Source: Candidatus Latescibacterota bacterium (GTDB taxonomy: Bacteria; Latescibacterota; UBA2968). From it: a stretch of 64,000 nt of DNA. The stretch's first letter is position 1. Each line of letters starts with the position of its first letter. The notes below the pieces were generated by a model. That model had not been told where the DNA came from. It saw nothing but the letters and a program-made list of their open reading frames with translations, and did no database searches. Both the position numbers and the translations under genes were made by a program. The stretch is taken from the NCBI GenBank assembly GCA_965116885.1, contig OZ220741.1:1184001-1248000 (forward strand), written 5' to 3'. This document shows, piece by piece, positions 1 to 9,840 of the stretch.

Positions 1-21
1 AGGGACGGCCCCTACGATGAC
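1..21. repeat. Partial GTAG-family REP element cut by the window edge
   Basis: AGGGACGGCCCCTACGATGAC resembles the left half of the REP doublet at 57949-58016. Confidence 0.6.
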
Positions 22-94
22 ATTGATCGTCCCCTGACCGCCGCCCCGCCTCATTTTCCAAAAAATAATATTTTTGTATGGTACAGATTTTTTC

Positions 95-123
95 TTGCAC
101 AAAAAAACAGAACGGGCTATATT
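95..123 (+). promoter_or_regulatory. Sigma70-like promoter upstream of the ECF sigma leader
   Basis: TTGCAC-N17-TATATT with an AT-rich upstream region. Confidence 0.5.
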
Positions 124-199
124 GTCCAGTCCCAAAAACAAAAGCCCTCTGCTTGTAGGAGACAACTACCTGAAATTACATACATTTAGGTAAAATCAA

Positions 200-259
200 A
201 TGGTCTATTCACACTGCCATTATCCCTCCAGGAGGCGGCGATTATGCCCTGGAGACTAA
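200..259 (+). CDS. Putative leader peptide MVYSHCHYPSRRRRLCPGD
   Basis: 19-codon ORF with AGG AGG CGG CGA and a weak AGGT RBS, lying before an intrinsic terminator. Confidence 0.35.
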   Translation: MVYSHCHYPSRRRRLCPGD

Positions 260-307
260 AATTTTGCCAACCCCTGAGTGGGGTTTTTGGTGCCTACACC
301 CTACGTG

Positions 308-342
308 CCCGACATCGAGATAGATTCGATGTCGGGTTTTTT
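308..342 (+). terminator. Intrinsic terminator in the 5' leader of the ECF sigma gene
   Basis: Perfect 11-bp stem CCCGACATCGA/TCGATGTCGGG, 7-nt loop, then T6. Confidence 0.75.
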
Positions 343-436
343 GTTGCCCTTCGCGGACCACCCCAAACACCCATGGGTGCAGAACACAGTAGATGAGCAA
401 AAAAACAACATGACCTCACGACACAAGAGGAGTATC

Positions 437-1069
437 ATGGCACCGAACGAAGAACAAACAATGGTACTAAAAGCGCGGATGGGTGATGGGATTGCATTTG
501 GCAAACTGTACAAAGCAAACGTAGCTCGAATTTATGCAATCGTAGCCAGCCACACAAAAAACAAGGACGACATCGACGACCTGGTTCAAATCGCATTTAT
601 AAAAGCATACCAGGGACTCAATCGCTTTCGCGGTGACGCGGCATTCTCAACCTGGCTGACCCGCATAGCCATGAACGTATGCCTCTCGCACTGCGAATCG
701 CAATCCGTGCGGCGCAAATGGACAACCTATTTTCAGACGCCAGAAGGCATAGAAAAAATCGCCCCATCCTGCACACAAGACCCGGAAACCACCCTGCACA
801 CACGAGAAAGCCAACACCTCGTACGCAAAAGCATACAAACACTGCCACAACAATATCGCGAAGCCATGCGCCTGCGTTATATCGAGGACTATTCTTATGC
901 CGAAATCGAAAAAACCATGCAAGTGCCCATAGGCACAGTAAAAACCTGGCTATATCGCGGAAGAGTCCTGCTTCGGAAAACCATTGAAGAGAACGAATCA
1001 ACGAACCCCACCCAACCACCCAACGGGCGGGCACAGGGGCACCGCCCCTACATTGATGAGCTGGCCTGA
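437..1069 (+). CDS. ECF (RpoE-like) RNA polymerase sigma-70 factor
   Basis: Region 2 DDLVQIAFIKAYQGLNRFRGDAAFSTWLTRIAMN and region 4 SYAEI..MQVPIGTVKTWLYRGR. Start moved to ATG 437 after GAGGAG. Confidence 0.9.
   Translation: MAPNEEQTMVLKARMGDGIAFGKLYKANVARIYAIVASHTKNKDDIDDLVQIAFIKAYQGLNRFRGDAAFSTWLTRIAMNVCLSHCESQSVRRKWTTYFQTPEGIEKIAPSCTQDPETTLHTRESQHLVRKSIQTLPQQYREAMRLRYIEDYSYAEIEKTMQVPIGTVKTWLYRGRVLLRKTIEENESTNPTQPPNGRAQGHRPYIDELA
1025..1051. repeat. GTAG-family REP palindrome inside the 3' end of the sigma ORF
   Basis: GGGCGGGCACAGGGGCACCGCCCCTAC, similar to the copy at about 1575-1600. Confidence 0.7.
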
Positions 1070-1105
1070 ACCAGTTGCACACCGTCCCGTTTTTCGGAGA
1101 ACACC

Positions 1106-1498
1106 ATGACCAACTTCAGCACAAAACGCCTGCCCCAAAAACCCGACATCACCGCACCCGATGGATCTGACGTCCGCATACTCCTCGAACTCAAAAGCGG
1201 CGGCATGGCCCACTTTGAACTCTCCCCGGGAAAAACATCCATCGCCGTCGCCCACCGCACCGTCGAAGAAATCTGGTACATCATCAGCGGACAGGGCGAA
1301 ATGTGGCGCAAACAGGACAACCGAGAAGAAATCGCCTCCCTCGCCCCCGGCGTAACCCTCACCATACCGCAAGGCACACACTTCCAATTTCGCACCCACA
1401 ACAGCGAACCTCTCTGCGCCATCGCCATCACCATGCCCCTGTGGCCGGGTCCTGATGAAGCCTACCGCGTAGAGGGAAAATGGAAACCGACTAAATAA
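1106..1498 (+). CDS. Cupin domain protein
   Basis: HRTVEEIWYIISGQG and IPQGTHFQFR cupin motifs; GGAG RBS. Confidence 0.85.
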   Translation: MTNFSTKRLPQKPDITAPDGSDVRILLELKSGGMAHFELSPGKTSIAVAHRTVEEIWYIISGQGEMWRKQDNREEIASLAPGVTLTIPQGTHFQFRTHNSEPLCAIAITMPLWPGPDEAYRVEGKWKPTK

Positions 1499-1499
1499 A

Positions 1500-1533
1500 C
1501 AAAAGCCTATACCGTTTGTGGTACAGGCTTTTG
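1500..1533. terminator. Bidirectional terminator between the convergent cupin and Rieske genes
   Basis: CAAAAGCCTATACC-N6-GGTACAGGCTTTTG. Confidence 0.7.
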
Positions 1534-1574
1534 TAATACCTGTCTGTGTGATCTGGAATCATCTATCCCGCCAC

Positions 1575-1657
1575 GGGCGGGCACGGGGGCCCGCCCCTAC
1601 AACACGCTCAAAATCATAGCCTGCCCCTGCATGCTTGAAGCAGGGGCCGTCCCCTAC
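1575..1657. repeat. Two GTAG-family REP palindromes
   Basis: GGGCGGGCACGGGGGCCCGCCCCTAC and CAGGGGCCGTCCCCTAC. Confidence 0.65.
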
Positions 1658-1658
1658 A

Positions 1659-3425
1659 TCAAACCTCCTCATCCGGATCCTCTGCCGAAAGATCCTCTCC
1701 CCGATGGAGTCGAAGCGCCAAATTCGCCGTCTGTCCCAACGCCCGCGCCGTTGGTGCATGCGCTGCCAGATAGCGCGCCGCGCCCACCAGCGTAATCCAT
1801 GCGCGCTCCTCATCCAACTCCTCTGCCTGGCTAAACGCCGACTCCAGCATCTGAAACGAATGAAACTCCGCATCTTCTCGCAGCAACACATGGCCCAACC
1901 GCTCGCACAAAGCACCGCGCGGATGCCCCAGCGACAAATACCGATACGCAATCCGCCCTGCCTCATCCACCTGTGCCTGTGTATCGAGCAACGCCACAAA
2001 AGAATCCAGCAACTCATCCGCATCCTCTGGCAACTGCTGGGTCGCGCGCTGATCCTGCGGCAATCGGGCTGCCGGCTTATTAAACCACCGATCAAAATAC
2101 AGCGCCATCGCACCGTGAAAAATCCCCCGCGCCAGATCCAGAGACGGCGCGCGCTTTGCACATTGATGCAGCGCATTTGCCGCCGAATGCGTATGCAACA
2201 CCGCAATCCAATCGGCAAACTCATTCTTAACGTGAAACCGCGCAATCCGCAAAGCCGCTGCATAAGTCAGCGTCTGAGTCAACTGCGTCAGCGTCGCCCC
2301 TCCGGCAAATGCCGCCTTCAACCCATCCACAATCGCGTGCGGATCATCACCTGACAAAACCGCCGTCAAAGCATCCGCATCGTCCCACGTCTTCCCCTCG
2401 CCCTCTCGCACCAGATCCTCAAGCTCATCAAACGCGCCGTGTAACAACGCCACCAGATCAACGGGACTGCGCCACCGATTCAACTCCTCACTTCGCTGAG
2501 AACCCGAAAGCACACCCACCAGAGAAGGCAAAATCTCATCGGCCTTGTCCCATCCAATGCGCTCGAGCACCTCAAAACCCTTATTGATAAAATCCAGCAC
2601 ATGCCCGCCATCGCGATAAAAGTGATCTGTCGCTGCAGCCACCAGCATATCGCACATCTCCGAAGGCGTTGCCCCCATCTGGATCGCCGTCAACAGCGCG
2701 CGTTCTGCACCATCGGCATTCCGCACCTCAATCAAATAGCGGAACCACTCCTTGATCCGCGCCAGCGTCAGATCCTCCGTCTCCAGAGGCGTAAAAACAA
2801 TCCTCGGCGCTGCATTGCTCGTCTCGCTCGCCACATGCAACAACCCCTGATACAGCGCCAAAACCTGATCCTCGGGCGCCAGCTTCGGCACCACATTGGC
2901 CATACACGTCAAAATCGTCAACCCCGGACCCCATCCCTGGCGCCGCCTCAACGCACCATACCGCGCGCCAATCTCTGCAATCTCATCCCCATCGATCCGC
3001 TGACCCCGAAGCGCGATCACCGACTTGGCAATCACCAGATTGATATTCTGCTCCAAACTCTCGCTCAACCGCCGCTTCCAATGTCCCACCGGATCGGGAT
3101 GCGTGGCATGCACATTGACATAAATCTCCCCATCCTGCACATCCACCGGATAACTGCGAACATCATCCGCAAATGGATCAAACGTACACCCACTCACCAG
3201 ATCAAACCGCGCGTGATGCCAGTGGCAAATAATCAACCCATTGTGAATCGACCCCTCACTCAGCGGATACCCCATATGCGGGCACCGGTTATCCACCGCC
3301 CGAATCTCGCCATCCGACTTTGCCAGCGCAATCGCATGACCCTCCACATTCACCGCCATAATCCCACCCTCGGGAATATCTTCCACACGCGCGCAGGGCA
3401 CATAATCAAGTGTCGTCACAGCCAT
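1659..3425 (-). CDS. Rieske [2Fe-2S] ferredoxin domain fused to a long helical domain of unknown function
   Basis: N-terminal CPHMG and CHWHH Rieske ligands, followed by about 470 aa with an apparent internal repeat; GGAGG RBS. Confidence 0.85.
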   Translation of the reverse strand: MAVTTLDYVPCARVEDIPEGGIMAVNVEGHAIALAKSDGEIRAVDNRCPHMGYPLSEGSIHNGLIICHWHHARFDLVSGCTFDPFADDVRSYPVDVQDGEIYVNVHATHPDPVGHWKRRLSESLEQNINLVIAKSVIALRGQRIDGDEIAEIGARYGALRRRQGWGPGLTILTCMANVVPKLAPEDQVLALYQGLLHVASETSNAAPRIVFTPLETEDLTLARIKEWFRYLIEVRNADGAERALLTAIQMGATPSEMCDMLVAAATDHFYRDGGHVLDFINKGFEVLERIGWDKADEILPSLVGVLSGSQRSEELNRWRSPVDLVALLHGAFDELEDLVREGEGKTWDDADALTAVLSGDDPHAIVDGLKAAFAGGATLTQLTQTLTYAAALRIARFHVKNEFADWIAVLHTHSAANALHQCAKRAPSLDLARGIFHGAMALYFDRWFNKPAARLPQDQRATQQLPEDADELLDSFVALLDTQAQVDEAGRIAYRYLSLGHPRGALCERLGHVLLREDAEFHSFQMLESAFSQAEELDEERAWITLVGAARYLAAHAPTARALGQTANLALRLHRGEDLSAEDPDEEV

Positions 3426-3492
3426 GGTATGCCTCCTATTAATTGGAATGATCGTTTACACCCCAAAAATACGCCATCCGAAATCCCGAAAC

Positions 3493-3534
3493 ACCGTCCC
3501 CAGGGACAAAAACAACCTGTCCTTTTGGACAGGT
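3493..3534. promoter_or_regulatory. LuxR/NarL-type operator (one perfect and one degenerate palindrome)
   Basis: ACCTGTCC-TTTT-GGACAGGT at 3515-3534 and CCGTCC-CCAG-GGACAA at about 3494-3509, upstream of the Rieske gene. Confidence 0.6.
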
Positions 3535-3563
3535 CGCGTTGCATGGTAGCGTTATGCTGATTG

Positions 3564-4178
3564 TTATATCAACCCCTTCTGCGTCGCAACAGCCACTGCC
3601 TCTGTGCGATTGCCCGCGCCGAGTTTGGCCAGTATTTCGCTCACATGAAATTTCACTGTGCGTTCGGCAATATCGAGTTGATCGGCAATTTCTTTATTCA
3701 ACAAACCCGTTGCCAGCAGTTTGAGCACTTCCTTTTGTCGCGCGGTCAACGCATCCGGATTGTTTACACTGTCCAGCAACTTGGAAGCAACAAGAGGTTC
3801 GAGCAATGACCCGCCCTCATTGACCACGCGCACAGCGCGAAACACCTCGTCTCTGGGCGCGCCCTTGAGCAAATACCCTTTTGCTCCGGCCTGCATAGCC
3901 GATACAATGCGCTCATCCGTATCAAAAACTGTAAACACAATGACCCGCACCTGCACCTTTTCCTCTTGCAATCGCCGAAGCGTTTCAACGCCATCTACAC
4001 CCGGCATCTCCAGATCGAGCAATAGCACATCGGGATTGCGTTCTTCAACTTTCTGCAATGCTTCTGCTCCATCGCCTGCTTCTCCCACCACCTCAAAATC
4101 GGACTGCGTATTCAACATTGCAATAAGGCCATCGCGCACAACCGGATGATCATCTACAACCACAATGCGAATTTTCAT
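3564..4178 (-). CDS. NarL/LuxR family response regulator
   Basis: REC domain (VVDDH, LLDLEMP, GYLLK) plus LuxR HTH (LTARQKEVL..NKEIA..TVKFHV). Confidence 0.95.
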   Translation of the reverse strand: MKIRIVVVDDHPVVRDGLIAMLNTQSDFEVVGEAGDGAEALQKVEERNPDVLLLDLEMPGVDGVETLRRLQEEKVQVRVIVFTVFDTDERIVSAMQAGAKGYLLKGAPRDEVFRAVRVVNEGGSLLEPLVASKLLDSVNNPDALTARQKEVLKLLATGLLNKEIADQLDIAERTVKFHVSEILAKLGAGNRTEAVAVATQKGLI

Positions 4179-5335
4179 ATTTTGCGCTCCAAAGGAATGC
4201 GGATATCCAAACGCGTACCGCGCTCAGGCGCGCTTTCAATTGCAAATGCCCCCCCGAGCAAATGCGCCCGCTCATTCAGCCCAACCAGGCCATATCGGCC
4301 TTCTGACACGTTTTCGGGATCAAATCCGCACCCGTCGTCTTTAACCACGAGTTCTACGTATTCGGACGTTGAGATCAGTTCAACCAGGACCTCTCTGGCT
4401 TTTGCGTGCTGCACAACATTATTCAACGCCTCCTGAGCCATGCGATACAAACCCGCTTCGATCCGCACGGACAAAGGGTGTCCGCCAATACGCTTTACGC
4501 GTATATCCAGATTTGTCTCGTCTCCTATTTCGCGCCCCAGATCTTGCAAGGCTTCGACCAATGTGCGATTTTCGAGCGGTGCAGCGCGCAAATCCAGCAC
4601 CGTGCGACGCGCTTCTTCCAGATTAGCGCGCGCCAGGGCCATGGCATCGCGCACTGTTTCAGACAGCTTCTTGCGATCCGTATTATCTTCGAGCAACGCA
4701 TCCAGGGTTTCCAACCGCATTAAGATCGCCGCGAGATTCTGACCCAGTGTATCGTGTATTTCTCGGGCGACGCGGAGACGCTCATCTGCAGCGCCAATTT
4801 CAACGCTTTTTTCGTACAAACGCGCCCGTTCAATAGCAATACTCATCAAATCACCCACCGTATTGAGCAAACGCAAATCCTCATCCGAAAGCTCGCGCCA
4901 TTCGACACTGCCCACATTCAACACCCCCACCTTTTTTTTCTGGGCATACAGTGGAATGCTCGCATGGTACTGCACCCCATCTGTTCCTTCTACGAGTCCT
5001 TTCAATCGGCTGCACGTCACGACATTCACATTTGCAGCCCCCTTCAAATCGCCTTTCTGATAGGTATCCAGGCAATAGCACCAGCCGCCCATTCTGTCTG
5101 GATTGTCGCGCAATACAGGGGGTAAGTTTTGTGCTGCAGCCAGATAGGGTTCGCCCGTCTCTTCGTGCATAAGCCATATCCAGCTGGTGTTCAAATCGAG
5201 CAGTGCAGCTACTTTTTTAAGTGCTGTCTCCAGGGCTTGATCGAGATCCACAGACTGGTTGAGTGCATGGGCGATCGCGTTGAGGATAGAGAGTTCGCGA
5301 TTGCGTTGTTTGAGCTGATCGGTCTGCATTGGCAT
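4175..5335 (-). CDS. Soluble GAF-domain HisKA_3 sensor kinase, YhcY/AirS-like
   Basis: GAF domain with CYC and TCSR cysteines, ERLRVAREIHD H-box, EALNNVVQHA, DDGCGF; no transmembrane segment. Confidence 0.9.
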   Translation of the reverse strand: MPMQTDQLKQRNRELSILNAIAHALNQSVDLDQALETALKKVAALLDLNTSWIWLMHEETGEPYLAAAQNLPPVLRDNPDRMGGWCYCLDTYQKGDLKGAANVNVVTCSRLKGLVEGTDGVQYHASIPLYAQKKKVGVLNVGSVEWRELSDEDLRLLNTVGDLMSIAIERARLYEKSVEIGAADERLRVAREIHDTLGQNLAAILMRLETLDALLEDNTDRKKLSETVRDAMALARANLEEARRTVLDLRAAPLENRTLVEALQDLGREIGDETNLDIRVKRIGGHPLSVRIEAGLYRMAQEALNNVVQHAKAREVLVELISTSEYVELVVKDDGCGFDPENVSEGRYGLVGLNERAHLLGGAFAIESAPERGTRLDIRIPLERKI

Positions 5336-5343
5336 AACTGCTC

Positions 5344-5775
5344 CTACACCGGCGTCACACCTTTTTTTAAAATAACATTGCCATATTTTGCCGTCTCCCC
5401 AGTCATAACAACCGCAAAAGCATCTCTTGCCTGTTCGTAAAACGCAAAGCGTTCAACGCGCGCGATAGGGGGCGTATCTGGCCATACCCTGTCAATAGCC
5501 GCTCGATAAGACGCCTCAACTGTGGGATCGAGCGTATCGCCCGGCACAGCATCCATCATAAAAACCGGGCTATCCACATACGTATCCAGAACAAACAGCG
5601 GCAAAATTGCTTCCAGCAACTCCGCAACCCCCAGACCATCTGCCCGCAGCGTATTGGCATTCACCGAATGCCCGGGAAAATGTGCATCTGCCAGAACAAT
5701 CTCATCTCCGTGTCCCATGCGATAAATCGCAGCCAACAACTCGGGACTGAACAGCGGGGATATACCAACGAGCAT
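5344..5775 (-). CDS. fucU: RbsD/FucU family L-fucose mutarotase
   Basis: [37 protein letters not shown]. Start at ATG 5775 after AGGAG. Confidence 0.85.
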   Translation of the reverse strand: MLVGISPLFSPELLAAIYRMGHGDEIVLADAHFPGHSVNANTLRADGLGVAELLEAILPLFVLDTYVDSPVFMMDAVPGDTLDPTVEASYRAAIDRVWPDTPPIARVERFAFYEQARDAFAVVMTGETAKYGNVILKKGVTPV

Positions 5776-5794
5776 AGTGATCTCCTGTCTCCAA

Positions 5795-6535
5795 TTACCT
5801 GAAATGCGCATCCGCCGCATGGGCTGATTTAAGCCCCTTGCTCATCCGCATCAATTGCTTTTGTCTTTCCGTAAGCCCGTCAAACCACTCAGGCGGAAAA
5901 CCATCGTGGGGATCCACCTGAAACATACACATCCGTTTGCGATAGTGCCCAAACAACGCATGGCGATTCGTCGTCCCTGTATTCGCGCCGCCAGCATGCC
6001 ATATTTGACCGTTAATAACAATAACACTACCTGCAGATCCCTCGGGTTGTGCAATATGCTTAACAGACACACCCTCTGGCGGGATAGCCAATCCGCTCTT
6101 ATGCGACCCCGGCACCACGCGCGTACCGCCATTTACCGGCGAAAAATCATCCAGCATCCAAATCGTATTCATCATAACTGGCGAACTAAAATTGAGCATC
6201 TCCAATGGAATATCACTATGCAAACCTTGATCTGGATCCCCCGGACGCACAATGCGGGCATTGAGACTACCCAGAATAAGCGACTTATCGAGATAATGCT
6301 CCAGCAACGGAAGTATCCGCGGATGGTCAATAGTCTTGTGAAAAACGCGATCCTTCACCGGCAAATTGGCGACATGCCGAGCGGTTCCCCGATTTCTGGC
6401 CTCCGTGCCAAATTCCTTCTCACAGCGCATAAGCGCCTCGCGCATCTCCTTTGCTTCTTCAGTCGTCAAAACATCTTCAACAACCGTAAAGCCATAAACA
6501 TCGAGTTCAAACAAATGCTGTTGATTATTCTCCAT
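5795..6535 (-). CDS. Phytanoyl-CoA dioxygenase (PhyH) family Fe(II)/2OG dioxygenase
   Basis: [19 protein letters not shown] motifs. Confidence 0.9.
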   Translation of the reverse strand: MENNQQHLFELDVYGFTVVEDVLTTEEAKEMREALMRCEKEFGTEARNRGTARHVANLPVKDRVFHKTIDHPRILPLLEHYLDKSLILGSLNARIVRPGDPDQGLHSDIPLEMLNFSSPVMMNTIWMLDDFSPVNGGTRVVPGSHKSGLAIPPEGVSVKHIAQPEGSAGSVIVINGQIWHAGGANTGTTNRHALFGHYRKRMCMFQVDPHDGFPPEWFDGLTERQKQLMRMSKGLKSAHAADAHFR

Positions 6536-6544
6536 ATTGTCCTC

Positions 6545-7732
6545 CTACCAATTCGCATTCCCCTTATCCCAGGGATGCGCTTTGAGTACCTCTTCAACCA
6601 TCTCAATACCCCATCCCGGACCTGAGGGAATCGTCAAATATCCGTTCTCAATTTCTGGCAAATTAGTAACCATATCTTCGCGCCAGGGCACATCGTCAAC
6701 ATCAATCTCCATAATACGCACATTGGGCAAAACCGCGCACAGACTCGCACTAATACACGTCGAAAGATGGCTATAATAATTGTGCGGCGCAACATTGAGT
6801 TGATACGCCTCGGCCAAATCCCCCACCTTTTTCGACTGCGCAAACCCATTCCACGGCACATCGATCATAAATACATCCGCAGACCGCGCCTGGAAATAAG
6901 GAATAAACTCGCGCATATAAAACAAATTTTCACCCGTACAAATTTTAGTACGCGTCGCATCCTTAATCTGCCGAATCGCATCTGGCTCGTACATATCGAT
7001 CTCCAGCCATAGCAAATCAAATTGTTCCAGCACCTGAGCAATACGCATACACGACTCGGGCTTAAAATTAAAATTCAAATCCAGATTGATATCGACATCC
7101 GGACCCACAGCATCTCGAAACGTCCCAATAAGCGTCTCAATATGTCGGAGAATCTGCCGCGAAACCACGCCATCCGTCGTCCCCGGTTCGCCGCCAAAAC
7201 CCCCAAAATACACACTGGCCGGATCCCCCGGTACCACAATATTCGTCTTCAGCGCCGTATAGCCCTTCTCCACAACCTCCCGCCCCAGCGCGGCAATATC
7301 ATCCATCGTGCGAAGCGGTGGCGTATTGAGCAAATCGCTATTGCGCGCACGCGAAGTACCGCAATGCGACCAGTAAACCCGAACCCGCTCGCGCGTTGGA
7401 CCCCCAAAAAGCTCCACAACAGAAATACCGAGCGCACGCGCCTTAATATCAATAAGCGCGAGCTCAACACCCGCAATCGCCTTCGCCGCAATACCTCCCG
7501 GACTCTGCCGCGTCCCCCGCAACATATCCCAAAAACGCATCTCATAAGCGCGGGGATCCTTGCCGAGGAGCAAAGGCGTCAAATCGCGCACCGTACCCGT
7601 AACCCCATAGGGACTGCGACCATCGCTACACTCCCCCCAGCCGCTAATACCCTCATCTGTATCCACCCGAACAAATATCCACGGGCGCCAACCCGCATCC
7701 ACAATAAACGTCTCAATATTGGTAATCTTCAT
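6545..7732 (-). CDS. Mandelate racemase/muconate lactonizing enzyme family protein (DgoD-like acid-sugar dehydratase)
   Basis: MKITNIETF, TDEGISGWGE, LDLN, WLE, TGEN, APHN, PGWGIE. Start moved to 7732. Confidence 0.9.
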   Translation of the reverse strand: MKITNIETFIVDAGWRPWIFVRVDTDEGISGWGECSDGRSPYGVTGTVRDLTPLLLGKDPRAYEMRFWDMLRGTRQSPGGIAAKAIAGVELALIDIKARALGISVVELFGGPTRERVRVYWSHCGTSRARNSDLLNTPPLRTMDDIAALGREVVEKGYTALKTNIVVPGDPASVYFGGFGGEPGTTDGVVSRQILRHIETLIGTFRDAVGPDVDINLDLNFNFKPESCMRIAQVLEQFDLLWLEIDMYEPDAIRQIKDATRTKICTGENLFYMREFIPYFQARSADVFMIDVPWNGFAQSKKVGDLAEAYQLNVAPHNYYSHLSTCISASLCAVLPNVRIMEIDVDDVPWREDMVTNLPEIENGYLTIPSGPGWGIEMVEEVLKAHPWDKGNANW

Positions 7733-7755
7733 ATAATAGTTTCCTCTGTTATATA

Positions 7756-7886
7756 GACCTACCCCCAACCCCTTCCTAAGAGGAAGGGGAGCCAAGCAGA
7801 TTGGCATAATGGCCTGTTTAAATGTTAAATCTGATCGTGCTACACTCCCCCTTTCCTTTCAGGAGAGGGGGCCGGGGAGAGAGGTC
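7756..7886. repeat. Palindromic intergenic element of a second, CCCC-hairpin type
   Basis: Ends GACC...GGTC; hairpins CCCCTTCCT-AAG-AGGAAGGGG and CCCCCTTTCCT-TTC-AGGAGAGGGGG. Confidence 0.55.
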
Positions 7887-7892
7887 GCTCCC

Positions 7893-8636
7893 TTATACCG
7901 GCGGTTGTGTAACGCGATTAAACCCCATCGGATCCTCACCGTGAATAACCGGAAGCGCGTGATCTTCGGAATCGTACCTGAGAACATGGACAATCGGAGG
8001 AATCGCCCGCACCGCCAGACCAATGCGCCGCAAATCCGAGAAATTGGCTTTCGAATGATGCAACGTGCGCTCATTAAACAAAATAAACTCGCCGGGCTGC
8101 ATCTCCAGATCGACCAACTCATCCGGATCGTAATACCCCGCATCGGCCATCTCCTTGAACTGCACATCTGGCGTGGCTTTGATATGGGGAATAATTTTGC
8201 GATGTGAACCGGGAATAAGCTGCAAATTCCCATTCTCCTTTGTCGAAGCATCCACCGCAATCCACGCCGAAACAATAATCGGCGGCTCGAGCGGCCAATA
8301 GTTGAAATCCTGATGCCAGGGAATCGCCTTCGTACCCTTGTATTTGATAAAAAAATTCGTGCGCCACAACAACAAATCTTCGCCGTACAAAGCCACCATG
8401 CGACTGAGAATCTCCGGATGCGTTGACAAATCGTAAACCGCGCGACTATCCAGATGCCGGTTGTGAATGCGATTCTTACCATTCGGCGGATCTGTCTCCA
8501 GCACCTCTTCAATCGCCGGACGAAGCTCTGCCATCTCCGCCTCAGAACACAGCGAATACGGACCCAGATAGCCCTTCGTGCGAAAATGCAGCATCTCCTC
8601 TTCCGTCAGTACCGCAGGTACTTCAGCTATAGCCAT
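7893..8636 (-). CDS. PhyH family dioxygenase
   Basis: PWHQD, LIPGSH, LHHS..N....RR motifs. Confidence 0.9.
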   Translation of the reverse strand: MAIAEVPAVLTEEEMLHFRTKGYLGPYSLCSEAEMAELRPAIEEVLETDPPNGKNRIHNRHLDSRAVYDLSTHPEILSRMVALYGEDLLLWRTNFFIKYKGTKAIPWHQDFNYWPLEPPIIVSAWIAVDASTKENGNLQLIPGSHRKIIPHIKATPDVQFKEMADAGYYDPDELVDLEMQPGEFILFNERTLHHSKANFSDLRRIGLAVRAIPPIVHVLRYDSEDHALPVIHGEDPMGFNRVTQPPV

Positions 8637-8647
8637 CTCATATCTCC

Positions 8648-9808
8648 TTATACAATATCCCCAACCTCAATCCGATACATCTGCCGTCCATCGCCCATAT
8701 GTGGCGAATCAATCACCACAAACTGCCCATCGGGACTAAAGCGCGGATGCAAATCACAGCGCCACTCGCCCGTATAAGGCTCCGGCGACGGGAAAACGCC
8801 CAGATCGACGCGCTTGCCAGTCGCAACGTGATAAAGATACGGAACTTGATTCCGATCACCCTGTGAAGGATACGTATCATTGAGAATCCACTCACTGCCC
8901 GGCAAATACGTACAGTGCCCATTAACCGTCATAACCCCATCGCCAATCACCTCTGGCTCCGCATCGGACAGATCCCGATAGTGATAAAACTTATTCCCAT
9001 GCGACGGGTGATACGCCCACCCCAGAATCGTCTCTGGATCGCGCCAGATAAAATGCGACATCTTGCCGTAATCATCAACCACATGCAAACATGACCCATC
9101 GGCATTTGCCGTCATCATCCGCGTATCAAAACCGCCCTCGCCAAATCGCCAGCGATGCAAAAAAATGAACCGCGACCCATCCGTATTAAACAGCAAATGA
9201 TTAAAATAATGCCGCGCCCCGGAAATATCGCCATGCGGATAGGGAATCGCAGCAACCTCGGCAATCGCAACAACAAGCCTTGATTCGCCCGTCTCCAGAT
9301 CCACAGAATAAACACCCACATCATCCGGCGCACGCACATCGCGATTGGGATCGGGAATCCCCGCATACCCATACCCGGGCCGCATGTGATTAATCCGGCG
9401 AAAATCAGCACCAATCGCTGTCTTCCCATCCGGCGAAAGCGTATAAATCGCGTGCGGAAGCGTGCGAATCGCCCCCGTTCTCACATTGTATATCCGCGAG
9501 ACAAACGCATCCCCTTCGCGATCATTAAAAATAACATCCGTATCCGAATTGGGAATCCACTGCAACATACACCCCTGTTGCCAGCACCAGGCCCGCGTGC
9601 GCCCGAACTCATACCACGTATCCCCATCCGCCATATCAATAATACCCAGCGCAACTGTATCATCCGCCTCAGGCGACCGGTGTTCAAAATCCACCGCCAT
9701 ACCGAGCGCGTACCGACCCGAAGGATCTATTTGCCACTTGTCGTAATAACCAAACCAGTGGTACTCAGGTCCCCGAGTAATCGCGCGAATGGGGGGATAA
9801 TCAGACAT
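8648..9808 (-). CDS. Beta-propeller protein (oligogalacturonate lyase/TolB-like)
   Basis: HWFGYYD, WCWQQG, NHLLFN, SHFIW, RCDLHPRFSPDG. Start moved to 9808 because the longer start lies in a REP. Confidence 0.7.
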   Translation of the reverse strand: MSDYPPIRAITRGPEYHWFGYYDKWQIDPSGRYALGMAVDFEHRSPEADDTVALGIIDMADGDTWYEFGRTRAWCWQQGCMLQWIPNSDTDVIFNDREGDAFVSRIYNVRTGAIRTLPHAIYTLSPDGKTAIGADFRRINHMRPGYGYAGIPDPNRDVRAPDDVGVYSVDLETGESRLVVAIAEVAAIPYPHGDISGARHYFNHLLFNTDGSRFIFLHRWRFGEGGFDTRMMTANADGSCLHVVDDYGKMSHFIWRDPETILGWAYHPSHGNKFYHYRDLSDAEPEVIGDGVMTVNGHCTYLPGSEWILNDTYPSQGDRNQVPYLYHVATGKRVDLGVFPSPEPYTGEWRCDLHPRFSPDGQFVVIDSPHMGDGRQMYRIEVGDIV

Positions 9809-9840
9809 ATAATAATCCTTTATAATAATGGGCAACCCGC

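Noticed and set aside
278..436. N-terminal extension of the ECF sigma factor
   Set aside because: It spans a terminator hairpin, and a good RBS precedes ATG 437.
7733..7807. N-terminal extension of the enolase-family protein (also the extension at 9809-9850)
   Set aside because: These are read-throughs of palindromic repeat elements. Family-typical starts lie downstream.
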